From NCBI GenBank assembly GCA_963816145.1, contig CAWFJP010000001.1, positions 352,001 to 416,000 on the forward strand: DNA of 64,000 bases, given 5' to 3'. The notes below the pieces were generated by a model. It saw only the letters and a list, made by a program, of their open reading frames with translations. It was not told the DNA's origin and did not search any database. This document shows, piece after piece, positions 1 to 9,396 of this stretch (its first letter is position 1; each line of letters starts with the position of its first letter). The stretch is from an uncultured delta proteobacterium. Its GTDB lineage: Bacteria > Desulfobacterota > Binatia > UBA9968. The position numbers and the translations under genes were made by a program.

Positions 1-362
1 CTCACTAAACTCGCCTTGCTGGTTGGTGTCCCTCGGCCTCCATATACGCGAGCAAACGCGCTTATCATTGAAACAGTCGGCCACCGTCGGGTAAACGGCG
101 CCGTATCCCCGTAGGGTATCTCGACGACGGCGGGCGCATCATCGTCGTTGTGGAAGACGGTTCCCGCGCCCAATGGGTCCGCAACGCCCTCGCGGATGAC
201 GGCCGCCTCAGACTTCACTTGCGCGGAGTATGGCGCCAAGCCCGGTTGCGGATCCTCGACGCAGACCCGCAAATTTATCTTCGCCGGATGAATCGTGTGC
301 ATGCGGCTTTCGTGCGGCTCGAATCGACCACCCCGGCGGTCGTGGAGATCGTACCTGAATGA
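1..362 (+). CDS. Deazaflavin (F420)-dependent nitroreductase-family (DDN) oxidoreductase; 5'-partial, frameshift near nt 88
   Basis: Joining frame 1 (LIIETVGHR) to frame 3 (SGKRRRIPVGYLDDGGRIIVVVEDGSRAQWVRN) restores the DDN motifs TxGRxSGxxRxxP and WVRN. Confidence 0.7.
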
Positions 363-452
363 ACGACGCGCAGTGAATCGTGCGCGCATCAAGGTGATTG
401 CGCTAGGCGAGAAACGCGAACCGTGAGTTCCGTGAAGATGGCTCAGCCGCCA

Positions 453-474
453 AAAGGCGTTCACGGCCGCCTTT
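453..474. terminator. Possible bidirectional intrinsic terminator between convergent genes
   Basis: AAAGGCG-N8-CGCCTTT inverted repeat between the stops at 362 and 482. Confidence 0.4.
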
Positions 475-481
475 GTGACGA

Positions 482-1564
482 CTAATTCAACCCGTAAAAC
501 ACCCGCGGATTGTCCTCGACGATCTTCTTATGCTGCGCCGCGCTGATGCCGCCGCTATCTTTCAGCGTCGTCAGCGCGTCCAGTTCGGTCGACGAATCGG
601 CGTGGCCGTAGTCGGTACCGATCATCAGCGTATTCTCGCCCATGCAGGTCTTGATCAGGTACGGCACGTCGTCGCCGATCTGACAGGTAACGAAGATGCC
701 GGACTTCTCCAGCAAATCGTTGGGCAATTTTCTATTGACCGTGTCCAAGCGCCGGCGCAGCTCGTAGATCACCCAGGGCACCCAGGACGCCGCGGTTTCG
801 ATGAATCCGAAACGCAGCTTCGGAAACTTCTGCGGGATGCCGCAGTTTAGGATGCGGAACATCGCGCCGACATTGAATATCCGATATTGATTGAAAAAAT
901 CGCGGCTGCCGTCAGGGTTGACCATCATGTCCACCGCCGCGGCGCTGCCGTTGGCCTGGTGCAAGCCAATGCAGAAGTTGAGCTTCTCAGCCAGCTCGTA
1001 CATCGGAAAAAAGTAAGGATCGCTGATCTGGCGCGCGCCTTCGAGAGGCCGCATGAACACGCCGCAGCCGCCGTTGTCCTTGGCAAACTTCAATTGATCG
1101 AGCGCATCGGCCATGCTGAGCAGCGGCAAGCAGGCCATCCAGCGCAATCGCCCGTTGCTATTCTTCCAGACATCGGCCATCCAGCGGTTGAATGCGCCGC
1201 ACAACGCGACTTCGGTATCGGCGCGCTCGGTCACCTGATCGAGAAAGATGCTGGTGTAGAGCACCTGGATATCGATGCCCAATTCATCCATATGCTTGAT
1301 CCGCCCCGATACGTCGGCCAAATCGCGGTTGGCCATCGTCGTGCTCACGTCCCGGCCGATCTCGGCGGATTTTTTGTCGAGATCTTCTTTGCTGAAGGTG
1401 AAGCGAAACAATCCGCGAATCTTGCCGTCGATGACCCAGTGCGCCTTCTGATTGTCATCCTCCGGCTTGAACAGCATGGGCCGAAATTTTTTCTCCGCCG
1501 GCGTCAGATAGTCCCAAGTCAGCGGACTCTCGACAACATGCGCATCAGCGTCTACCCATCCCAT
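482..1564 (-). CDS. Amidohydrolase family 2 protein (ACMSD/LigW-like)
   Basis: N-terminal VDADAH, GLH, FIETAASW and IGTDYGH motifs; GGAGG RBS upstream of ATG at 1564. Confidence 0.9.
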   Translation of the reverse strand: MGWVDADAHVVESPLTWDYLTPAEKKFRPMLFKPEDDNQKAHWVIDGKIRGLFRFTFSKEDLDKKSAEIGRDVSTTMANRDLADVSGRIKHMDELGIDIQVLYTSIFLDQVTERADTEVALCGAFNRWMADVWKNSNGRLRWMACLPLLSMADALDQLKFAKDNGGCGVFMRPLEGARQISDPYFFPMYELAEKLNFCIGLHQANGSAAAVDMMVNPDGSRDFFNQYRIFNVGAMFRILNCGIPQKFPKLRFGFIETAASWVPWVIYELRRRLDTVNRKLPNDLLEKSGIFVTCQIGDDVPYLIKTCMGENTLMIGTDYGHADSSTELDALTTLKDSGGISAAQHKKIVEDNPRVFYGLN

Positions 1565-1586
1565 GGCGATTTCCTCCGTCAATCCA

Positions 1587-1716
1587 TTTTGGATTTTTGA
1601 TTTGGGATTTTGGATTGCAAGTCCGAATCCAAATTCCCTGCTAATGCCTGTTGCCTACTGCCTATTGCCTTCTTAAACGCTCTTACTCAAGCCTCGCGCC
1701 TCATGCCTCATGCCTA
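1587..1716. repeat. Three adjacent short ~7-mer tandem arrays (GATTTTG-, TGCCTAY- and GCCTCAY-type)
   Basis: tttggatttttgatttgggattttggattg; tgcctgttgcctactgcctattgcc; gcctcgcgcctcatgcctcatgcc. Confidence 0.7.
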
Positions 1717-1718
1717 GT

Positions 1719-2484
1719 CTAGTGCAGCACCGCGCCGCCATTGACCAGAATCGTCTGCCCAGTAACAAACGTGCTCAGATCCGAAAGCAGATACAGCGCC
1801 GTGCCGACCAAATCCTCCGGCTGCTCGATGCGCTTGAGAATGCGCGTCGACGCCGAGCGCTCGTAATTTTTGACCGCTTCGTCGGTCGCCTTGTCTTCGC
1901 TCATGGTCGAGCCGGGCGCCAACGTGTTGACGCGAATATTGTCCGAGCCGAGCTCGCGGGCGAGCACACGGCTGAAACCCACCACCGCCGCCTTCGAAGT
2001 CACGTAGTGCATCATCGTCAAGCCACCGTTGAAAGCCATGTTGGAGGAAATATTCACGACGCTGCCTTGTTTGCGTTTCTGCATCGCCGGCACCACTGCC
2101 CGACTGCACAACCACAAGCCTTTGACGTTGACCGCCATGATCCGGTCCCAGGCTTCTTCGGTGATGTCCTGCCAGGTGCCTTTCTCCGCCGGCACGCTCA
2201 TGAAGATCGCCGCGTTGTTGATCAGTCCGTCGATCTGACCATAAGCGCCGAGAGCTTTCCCGGCCATCTCCTGGCAGCTTGGAGAAATTCGCCACGTCGA
2301 CTTTGGTCGCCAGCGCTTTGCCGCCCTTGTCGGCGATCGCCTTGGCGACGGCGTCGGCAGCCTTGTCATCGATATCGGCGACCACCGCCGTTCCGCCTTC
2401 CCGCGCGATCCCCATACAATACGCGCGGCCGATGCCATGCCCGCCCCCGGTCACCACCACCACTTTGCCGTCGAGTAAACCCAT
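1719..2484 (-). CDS. SDR family oxidoreductase (3-oxoacyl-ACP reductase-like); frameshift near 2280
   Basis: TGGGHGIG is in ORF 1714..2484, while NNAA, YVTSK and NTLAPG are in ORF 1719..2438; one extra base joins the frames. Confidence 0.88.
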
Positions 2485-2559
2485 CTAAACCTCTCTTTTA
2501 CCGCTAATACTTATCGCAACTATCGGCCATCGTTCAATGAAACGGAACCCTGGGCGACA

Positions 2560-2588
2560 TTGAACTTTGAACCCTTGAACCTTGAACG
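2560..2588. repeat. TTGAACY 7-mer tandem array
   Basis: ttgaactttgaacccttgaaccttgaac; the same unit occurs at 9322-9374. Confidence 0.65.
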
Positions 2589-2595
2589 GCTTTAC

Positions 2596-3651
2596 CTAGG
2601 GTCTGAGAATTTTTTTCAATTTCGCCTTGAGGTCGGGCGAAAGCCCGAGGAAGTCGTTGATCAATTTTTGCACATGTTGCGCCGAGACCGGCTCGATGTC
2701 GAGCTTGCCTTTCTCGGCATCGGCGAGAAATTCTTTGTCGGCAAATGTCCGCGTCAGCGCAGTTTCGAGCGCGGCGCCGCGCTCCGGCGGCGTCCCAGGA
2801 GGAATCACGTAGACTTTGCCGAACTGATTGGGCGCCGCCGCGCCAAAACGCAGCAGCTGACGCTGCTCTTCGGTCTTGGCGATCTGCGGGATGGTCGGCA
2901 CATTCTTCACCGGCAAATCCGCGACCGGGTTGTCGGCCAATTGCGCGAGCAGTTGCCAGTCGCCGCTCTTGATGCGGTCCAAGGAAGTCACTTTCGACGA
3001 TTCCCAACTGTTCATGATGCCGTCGATCTCGCCGCTCTCCATGGCCAACCGGACATCGGCGGTGCCTTTGTAGCCGCTGACGACTTTGATGTTGGCGCCC
3101 AACAGGTCGCGCATCAGCAACGGCCCTTGTTCCACCGTCGAGCCCGGGATACCGCCGACGGTGATTTGCTTCGACTTGGCGCCGAGCAGCTCGTCCAGCT
3201 TCGTCACGCCGGACTTGCGCGTCGTGATCAGCAAATAGGTTTCGCCGATGGGCACGCCGAGGTAGCGAAACTTGGCCAAATCATATTGCACTGCGGGATT
3301 GCCAAAGAGCTGTTCGAGAATAATCTGGCCGCTGAAGTTGCCGATCACCGTGCCATCCTTGGGGGCGACGTTGTACAAATGGTTGGCCAGCAGGATGCTG
3401 CCGGCGCCGGCCATGTTTTCGACGATGACACTGGGATTGCCGGGAATATGTTTCTGAATATGCCGGCCGATCAAGCGAGAATAGGCGTCGTAGCCGCCGC
3501 CCGCGGAAAAACCGACGATAATTCTCACCGTTTTACCGTGGTAGAAATCGGCCACGGACTTGTCGTCCGCTGCGGCGGCCCAGGTTTGGCCAGCCAAGCC
3601 CGCACATCCAAGTAAGAACAGGACCACCAACGACGAGAATAACTTTTTCAC
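2596..3651 (-). CDS. Bug/TctC-family tripartite tricarboxylate transporter substrate-binding protein
   Basis: Signal peptide; GFSAGGGYD, VENMAGAG, PKDGT and GYKG motifs; GTG start after GGAGG. Confidence 0.9.
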   Translation of the reverse strand: MKKLFSSLVVLFLLGCAGLAGQTWAAAADDKSVADFYHGKTVRIIVGFSAGGGYDAYSRLIGRHIQKHIPGNPSVIVENMAGAGSILLANHLYNVAPKDGTVIGNFSGQIILEQLFGNPAVQYDLAKFRYLGVPIGETYLLITTRKSGVTKLDELLGAKSKQITVGGIPGSTVEQGPLLMRDLLGANIKVVSGYKGTADVRLAMESGEIDGIMNSWESSKVTSLDRIKSGDWQLLAQLADNPVADLPVKNVPTIPQIAKTEEQRQLLRFGAAAPNQFGKVYVIPPGTPPERGAALETALTRTFADKEFLADAEKGKLDIEPVSAQHVQKLINDFLGLSPDLKAKLKKILRP

Positions 3652-3819
3652 AGTTACCTCCACAGAAGAAGTTCGTTCCTTGTTCTGGCTATCACCCTGC
3701 TCCAACGACTGTCAACAGCGCAATCGCGTCAAAGGCTGGCGTCTACGCTCTAGCGTTGAAACGTTTCTCTACATAGACTGCGAGAAAAAGTTGAGATAAT
3801 CACTAGAGGCCGAGCAGCA

Positions 3820-4651
3820 ATGGCAAACGTTAGTCCGCAGGCGAGGAAGTTCATGAGCAAACCACAAGGCAAATTCACCGAAGTCCAAGGCATCAAGCTG
3901 CACTATTTAGAATGGGGCGAGCGCGGCAAACCCGAACTGCTGCTAGTCCACGGCTGGACGAGTTTCGCCGCGAGCTGGAGCGCGGTGGCCGAGCATTTCC
4001 AAGATCGCTTTCACGTCATCGCTCCCGACCTGCGCGGCCATGGCGAGTCGGACAAGCCACTGACCGGTTACCGCCTGCGCGACTTCGCCGAGGACATGCG
4101 CGAGCTGATCGAGAATCTGGAACTAAAAAAACTTGCTTACGTCGGCCACTCCTGGGGCGGCAACATCGGCACCATACTCGCCGCCGACTCGCCGCAATTG
4201 ATTTCCCGCGCTTTCCTGGAAGATCCGGTCTACTGGCGCATGATCCACGCCTTCATGACCGCCCTCCCCAACGCCCTGGCGAGACGCAACAAGCCCGAGG
4301 CTGAGATCCGCGCCGAGGCGAAGCAAAAGAACTTGTCACAGGCCGACGAAGACATGGAGGTCTACCGCAACCATCACTTCGCCGCCCACGCGCTGACCCG
4401 ACTGCTCACCGACAACCGCGACTGGGCCCTGGGCTTCGAAGATCCTTTCAAACGCATCGCCGTGCCGACAAAAATCCTGGTCGCCGACCACAAAGTCGGC
4501 GGCGCCATCATGCGCGAAGAGATCGACCTATCTTGAACGCATCGCTCCAGCGTTAGTGAAATTGGAATTATGGGAAGGAGTCGGCCATGGCATGAAAGCG
4601 GCGAAGCCGACAGAGTACAACCACGCGTTGGAGGCGTGGTTAACAATCTAA
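3820..4651 (+). CDS. Alpha/beta hydrolase; frameshift near 4528
   Basis: HGW, DLRGHGES and GHSWGG motifs; the C-terminus with the catalytic His (WEGVGHG...AWLTI*) continues in another frame to TAA at 4649-4651. Confidence 0.85.
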
Positions 4652-4707
4652 CGGAAAAACACCGTGGATCATACGCTTCCCTAAGCGTCTTTTCGAACTT
4701 CGCAATC

Positions 4708-5814
4708 ATGCTAAAAAACACTCTCGTAAACGCGGCATTAATGGCGTTCGGTGTTTTCTTTGCTCTGAGCGCGTTCGATATTGCGGTTTATCTGTCGCCA
4801 AAAGACATTTTGCCAAGTCCTTTGCTAAATCTCGTTCAGCAGATGGAAATGAACTCAGGAAGTCACTACCTCAATCACCCAGAGATTGGCCAAATCCTGA
4901 AGCCTGGAACGGATTTTGTCTTTACCGGTGATGAGTTTACTTTTAAGCTGCAAACTCGTTTGAATTATCCCGATGCCGGCTTTCGCGGCGGCACGTTAGG
5001 GGGCCCCGCTTGGGGCGCCGCCTTCGGAGATTCGTTCACATTCGGCGCGGGGGTTGATGATACCGCAACGTGGGTTGCGCAGCTTGCTAAACTAACGAAC
5101 CGGGAAATCATCAATTTTGCTGAGCCAGGTCATGGTCCTCATCAGTACACTCGGATATTCCAAAAATATGGCAAACCCCTACGCCCTCAAATCATCTTTT
5201 ACACGCTCTACACAAACGACCTCGAAGACGGCCAGCGATTCGAAAAACGCCATAAAAGTCATAAAAGTAGCAAGCGAACTTTCTCAATAAAGCAATTCTT
5301 AAAAAACTACTCGGCCAGTAACAATCTGTTTAGGAACTTGACTCGCTCTTTCATAACAAAACGCGGAGATAACACCTGGGGCGGCATCGGCCTAAAACTA
5401 TTGGAGCGAAAGCTGCGAAACCCCTACGGCATTCCGGATGGAGAATTCGAATCAACCTGGGCGGCAATTGCTAAACAGATAGAAGGCGCGGTCGACGAGA
5501 GCAAGCGCATCAATGCAACTTTTGTATTTCTTTACTTCCCCTCAAAGGAAGAAGTGTATTGGCGACTCGACAAGGAAAAGGTCAAACCGATCAAAGACTT
5601 CGAAGAACGAATCGAAAGGCTAAGCAAAACCACGCAAAGCTTTTGTCGATTTCGTCAACTCTTGTGCCCGGATCTAAGTTCCGCGCTAAGACATCGGGGG
5701 CTGAACGGTGAAACACTTTACTTCCCAGTCGATATTCACTGGAATGAGAGAGGTCACCTAGCCGTCGCTCAAGAACTTTTCAAATTCTTGCGCGAGAAAA
5801 ATCTAATCAACTAG
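4708..5814 (+). CDS. Membrane-anchored SGNH/GDSL hydrolase (AlgX/AlgJ-like acetyltransferase/esterase)
   Basis: N-terminal hydrophobic helix; AFGDSFTFG, NDL and DIHWNERGH SGNH blocks; AT-richer than neighbours. Confidence 0.82.
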   Translation: MLKNTLVNAALMAFGVFFALSAFDIAVYLSPKDILPSPLLNLVQQMEMNSGSHYLNHPEIGQILKPGTDFVFTGDEFTFKLQTRLNYPDAGFRGGTLGGPAWGAAFGDSFTFGAGVDDTATWVAQLAKLTNREIINFAEPGHGPHQYTRIFQKYGKPLRPQIIFYTLYTNDLEDGQRFEKRHKSHKSSKRTFSIKQFLKNYSASNNLFRNLTRSFITKRGDNTWGGIGLKLLERKLRNPYGIPDGEFESTWAAIAKQIEGAVDESKRINATFVFLYFPSKEEVYWRLDKEKVKPIKDFEERIERLSKTTQSFCRFRQLLCPDLSSALRHRGLNGETLYFPVDIHWNERGHLAVAQELFKFLREKNLIN

Positions 5815-5902
5815 GCCTCGAGGTTTTGTCGCTAGTCCATCCAGAATTGCCCGGATCTGCCGGCTGTTGGTTGCTCCCTGATGGCGCCGCCAATCCTCTA
5901 GT

Positions 5903-6739
5903 TCAACTGACTGCGCTATGCTTCTTCACCCAGTCGAGAATGACTTCGTTGGTCTCCTCCGGCGACTGCCAGAAAAATCCATGCGATTGGCCCTTGAGCA
6001 CTGTCATTTCGCCGCCACGGATGCGCTCCATCAGCACTCTGGCTTGCGCGATATGATTGCTACCCACGGTGTCGGCTTCGCCGATCAGCACTAACGTCGG
6101 CGCCTGGACATCGCCCAAGCGGTGCGTGCCTTCGAAGTTATGGCGCGCGATGCACAGATGAATGAACGGATCGAGCTTGGCGTGGGTTGCCCAGGCGACT
6201 TTGAAGAACTCTTCAACCCGGTCGCGGTGCTGCTCGCGGAAGTCTTTGGTGAAAAACGTGTCCGACTCAACGATCTCGTCGTAAATAAACTTTTCGAAAC
6301 CCATATCGACTAAGTCGTACACCATGCGATGCGGCAGTCCGGGAACGCAATCCGAACCCGCGCGTCCGGCGGTTCCGGAGCCGCTCGCCGCCATGATCAA
6401 ACTTTTCACCTTGCCGGGGAAGTTTTGCGCCAGGGATAAGGCGATGCGCCCGCCCATGGAGTGGCCGATGAAGTGGGCCGCCGGCAGTTGCAAATGTTCC
6501 ATCATGGCGGCGATGTCCAACGCCATTTGCTCGATAGTATATACAGATTGGCTCGGCACCGACCGGCCGCAGCCGCGCGGATCGTGAAAGATTAACTGCA
6601 ATGAACTTGCCAATGGCATCTGCCACGGCTTCCACACTTCGCCCGAATAAGCCGTCGACGGCACGAAGATCAGCGGCTCGCCCTGGCCGTGGGTTTCGTA
6701 ATACAGATCGACGCCGGTTGAGAGCTTTACGTTTGGCAT
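5903..6739 (-). CDS. Alpha/beta hydrolase (enol-lactone hydrolase-like)
   Basis: DPRGCGRS, GHSMGG and GQSHG motifs. Confidence 0.88.
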   Translation of the reverse strand: MPNVKLSTGVDLYYETHGQGEPLIFVPSTAYSGEVWKPWQMPLASSLQLIFHDPRGCGRSVPSQSVYTIEQMALDIAAMMEHLQLPAAHFIGHSMGGRIALSLAQNFPGKVKSLIMAASGSGTAGRAGSDCVPGLPHRMVYDLVDMGFEKFIYDEIVESDTFFTKDFREQHRDRVEEFFKVAWATHAKLDPFIHLCIARHNFEGTHRLGDVQAPTLVLIGEADTVGSNHIAQARVLMERIRGGEMTVLKGQSHGFFWQSPEETNEVILDWVKKHSAVS

Positions 6740-6780
6740 GGTTCAAGTACTCCTCTTGGATTTCCCTGCCGGAGTCAGCA

Positions 6781-6877
6781 AGATTTCTCCCTTCGGTCGA
6801 AATGACAAAAGCGAGCGTAATTTCTATTGCTAGATGAAGTCCACATTCCATGTCATCTCGAACGAAGTGAGAAATCT
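6781..6877. repeat. REP-like doublet, family C (AGATTTCTC..GAAATGACA / TGTCAT..GAGAAATCT)
   Basis: Inverted pair at 6781-6807 and 6851-6877; the same units occur inside the MITEs at 7965, 20686 and 21874. Confidence 0.75.
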
Positions 6878-6890
6878 TTCTGATATTTAT

Positions 6891-7883
6891 TTATTTGGCA
6901 GCGCCACTTTTGTAGAACCCGTCTTTCTCCAATTGGGCGACAAACCGGGTGTCGAGAAAATCTTCAGGCTTGGCCGTCTTGGCTTTGGGCTCGGTCGGCA
7001 GCAACTCGCCGATGATCGTTTCCATGCCCTTGCGCGTTACGTACGGCACCGTCTCGATATAAGCGCGCGCTTCGCCGTAAGTCGCTTCGAGAATCTCCGG
7101 GTCTTTGATGCGCGCGTATTTCTGAATGGCGCGGATGCCCGCCGCTTTGTTCACCTTCAAAAACTGCACGCCTTCGCTGTAGCCGCGGATGAACCGGCGT
7201 GTCATCTCTTCGTTGGCCTTGATGAATGAGCGCGTCGAGCCGATGGCGACCGACACATACTCGGGGCCGTCCTTGGTCACGTCCATTAATTCCGTCAACG
7301 CTGCCTTGCGGGCGCGGAAATTGGTCGGCGGCGACAGCGCACCGGCATCGACCTGACCGGCGACGATTGCGGTGAAAATATTCGGCACGTCGACCAGCTG
7401 GAGCATCTGATACTCTTCCGGCTTGATGCCGGCCTTGTTCATCACCCAAAGCGTCACGCTGTGCGTCGACGAGCCAATCCGCGTAATGCCGATTTTTCGC
7501 CCTTTCATCTCGGCGAAGCTCTTGATCTCCGGCCGCGCCATGAAAGAAAACACCAAACGATTGGCGACGCCGGCGATGATCACAACGTCGGCGCCCTTGA
7601 GCGCCGCCGTCACCGAATTGCGCCCGTCCATATAGGAATACTGTATTTCACCCGCGAGCATCACTTGAATCGCCCGCGAGGTCGACGGGATATGCACCAG
7701 CTCGACTTCCAAGCCATTCTTCCGAAACAAGCCCTCTTCCTGCGCCACCCAGGTGCCGCTCATGTTGCTGGCAAACGAAGTCCACGCCACGCGGGCTTTC
7801 ATCTGGGCGCCGCCGGCGCGCGGCGACAACAAGGCAAACAAAACGATCAGCGCAATCGACCCATATTGAAATTGAAGTTTCAT
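6891..7883 (-). CDS. ABC substrate-binding protein, SsuA/TauA/NMT1-THI5 type
   Basis: Signal peptide; GLFRKNGLEVE, MKGRKIGITRIGSST and GQVDA motifs. Confidence 0.88.
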   Translation of the reverse strand: MKLQFQYGSIALIVLFALLSPRAGGAQMKARVAWTSFASNMSGTWVAQEEGLFRKNGLEVELVHIPSTSRAIQVMLAGEIQYSYMDGRNSVTAALKGADVVIIAGVANRLVFSFMARPEIKSFAEMKGRKIGITRIGSSTHSVTLWVMNKAGIKPEEYQMLQLVDVPNIFTAIVAGQVDAGALSPPTNFRARKAALTELMDVTKDGPEYVSVAIGSTRSFIKANEEMTRRFIRGYSEGVQFLKVNKAAGIRAIQKYARIKDPEILEATYGEARAYIETVPYVTRKGMETIIGELLPTEPKAKTAKPEDFLDTRFVAQLEKDGFYKSGAAK

Positions 7884-7964
7884 CGAATGCTCCGGCCTCT
7901 ACACACAAAAGATGGCAGCTCCATATCACAGAACCCTTGTCGAGGTCGAGCCATAGCGGCTTGA

Positions 7965-8098
7965 CGTACTGGTTCAGTTAGATCGAGATCTCTCACTTCG
8001 TTCGAGATGACAAGGCGACTATTCTGCTGTCATTTCGAGCGAAGCGAGAAATCTTTCTCAGGCTGAAAACGTCTGCCCACTCAAACTGAACCACTACC
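7965..8098. mobile_element. 134-bp MITE with IS1-like ends carrying a family-C REP doublet
   Basis: Terminal IRs CGTACTGGTTCAGTT / AACTGAACCACTACC; 8-bp direct repeat CGGCTTGA at 7957-7964 and 8099-8106. Confidence 0.78.
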
Positions 8099-8166
8099 CG
8101 GCTTGATCTTTCACACGAGGCTGGCATAGATTCGCGCCATCTTGACCCATGTAACGGAGGCATCGA

Positions 8167-9147
8167 ATGATCCGTCTATCGCTCATCGCTAGCTTGTGGG
8201 TTCTGCTTTTTAACTCATTGGCCCAATCGGCCGACCGCGTGCGCATCGCCTACAGCTCGATCAGTGCCGCGTACACGGGAATCTGGGTTGCCCGCGAGGC
8301 CGGCTTTTTTGCCAAGGAAGGGCTGGAAGATCAGATCATCTTTATTCCCAGCGCCACCCAACTGGCCCAGGTGCTGGTGGCCGGCGATGTCGACATCGCA
8401 TCCCTCGGCGGCGGACCGGTGATGGCCGCCTCCTTGAGCGGCGCAGATTTGAAAGTCATCGGCAACAACGTCAACAAATTGATCTTCTCCATTCACGCCA
8501 AACCGGAGGTCAAGAGCCTCGAAGATCTGCGCGGCAAACGGATCGCCGTTAGCCGCTTCGGTTCGAGCGCTGATATCGCCGCACGGGCGGCATTGAGAAA
8601 ACTTAATATGGATCCGGTGAAAGACGTAAACCTGATGCAGTTGGGCACCATGGCGAACATGTTCGGCGCCCTGAAGTCAGGTGGGGTCGAGGCTTCGGTG
8701 GTCTCGCCGCCGACACAGTTTCTATCCGAAAAGATGGGCTTCAAGGAGATCTTCAGCATCACGGAAATGGATCTCGCCTACCCCAACCCATCGATGGCCG
8801 TTCCCGGCGACCTCATCCGCAAAAAACCCGACATGATCGATCGCTTTATGCGCGCTTACGTGCGCGCCATGCAGCGCGCACGTATCGACAAGGAAGGAAC
8901 TATCAAAACCTTGGCAAAGTATACGACCATTACCGATGCGGATATCTTGAATCGCGCCTATGAATTTTACATGAACAGAGTTCTCGAACGCGCCCCCTAC
9001 ATCAATATGCAAGGCATGCAAAACGCCCTAGACGACGTTGCGAGAAGTGTCCCCGCCGCGAAAAACGCCAAGCCGGAACAGTTCGTCGACCTGCGGTTCC
9101 TAGATAGGATCGAAAAAAGCGGCCTGCTGAAGGAACTCTACAAATAG
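8167..9147 (+). CDS. ABC substrate-binding protein, SsuA/TauA/NMT1-THI5 type
   Basis: Signal peptide; GFFAKEGL and LRGKRIAVSRFGSS motifs; GGAGG RBS. Confidence 0.88.
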   Translation: MIRLSLIASLWVLLFNSLAQSADRVRIAYSSISAAYTGIWVAREAGFFAKEGLEDQIIFIPSATQLAQVLVAGDVDIASLGGGPVMAASLSGADLKVIGNNVNKLIFSIHAKPEVKSLEDLRGKRIAVSRFGSSADIAARAALRKLNMDPVKDVNLMQLGTMANMFGALKSGGVEASVVSPPTQFLSEKMGFKEIFSITEMDLAYPNPSMAVPGDLIRKKPDMIDRFMRAYVRAMQRARIDKEGTIKTLAKYTTITDADILNRAYEFYMNRVLERAPYINMQGMQNALDDVARSVPAAKNAKPEQFVDLRFLDRIEKSGLLKELYK

Positions 9148-9157
9148 AAGAAAAGAA

Positions 9158-9200
9158 AACGTTCCAATCGTTCAAACAGTTCCAACGGTTCCAATCGTTG
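9158..9200. repeat. 9-mer tandem array, family E (GTTCCAATC/GATTGGAAC)
   Basis: gttccaatcgttcaaacagttccaacggttccaatcg; further copies near 10413, 16684, 27015, 28049, 28170, 42394, 54719, 60819 and 62058. Confidence 0.75.
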
Positions 9201-9266
9201 ACGGATAAAGATTCTCAGTCAGAACTTTAGCCTCAAAGAATGCAAAGGTAAGTTATTAATGGCGGA

Positions 9267-9315
9267 CCAATCTTGCCCCTTCCCCCGTCGGACGGGGGAA
9301 GGCCGGGATGGGGGC
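9267..9315. repeat. REP-like palindrome, family A (CCTYCCCC..GGGGRAGG)
   Basis: ccttcccccgtcggacgggggaagg hairpin with GGGGG tail; lies between convergent genes. Confidence 0.7.
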
Positions 9316-9396
9316 CCGATGTTGAACCTTGAACCCGTTCGATAAGCTCAGGGCAGGTTTTTAAACCCTTGAACCGCGCGGCGCCGCGCGGCCGCG

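Noticed and set aside
2560-3615. Long antisense or alternate-frame ORFs (also 15244..16158, 24391..25746, 26801..27982, 44693..45646)
   Set aside because: They overlap well-supported genes and have no motifs; such shadows are expected from high-GC codon bias.
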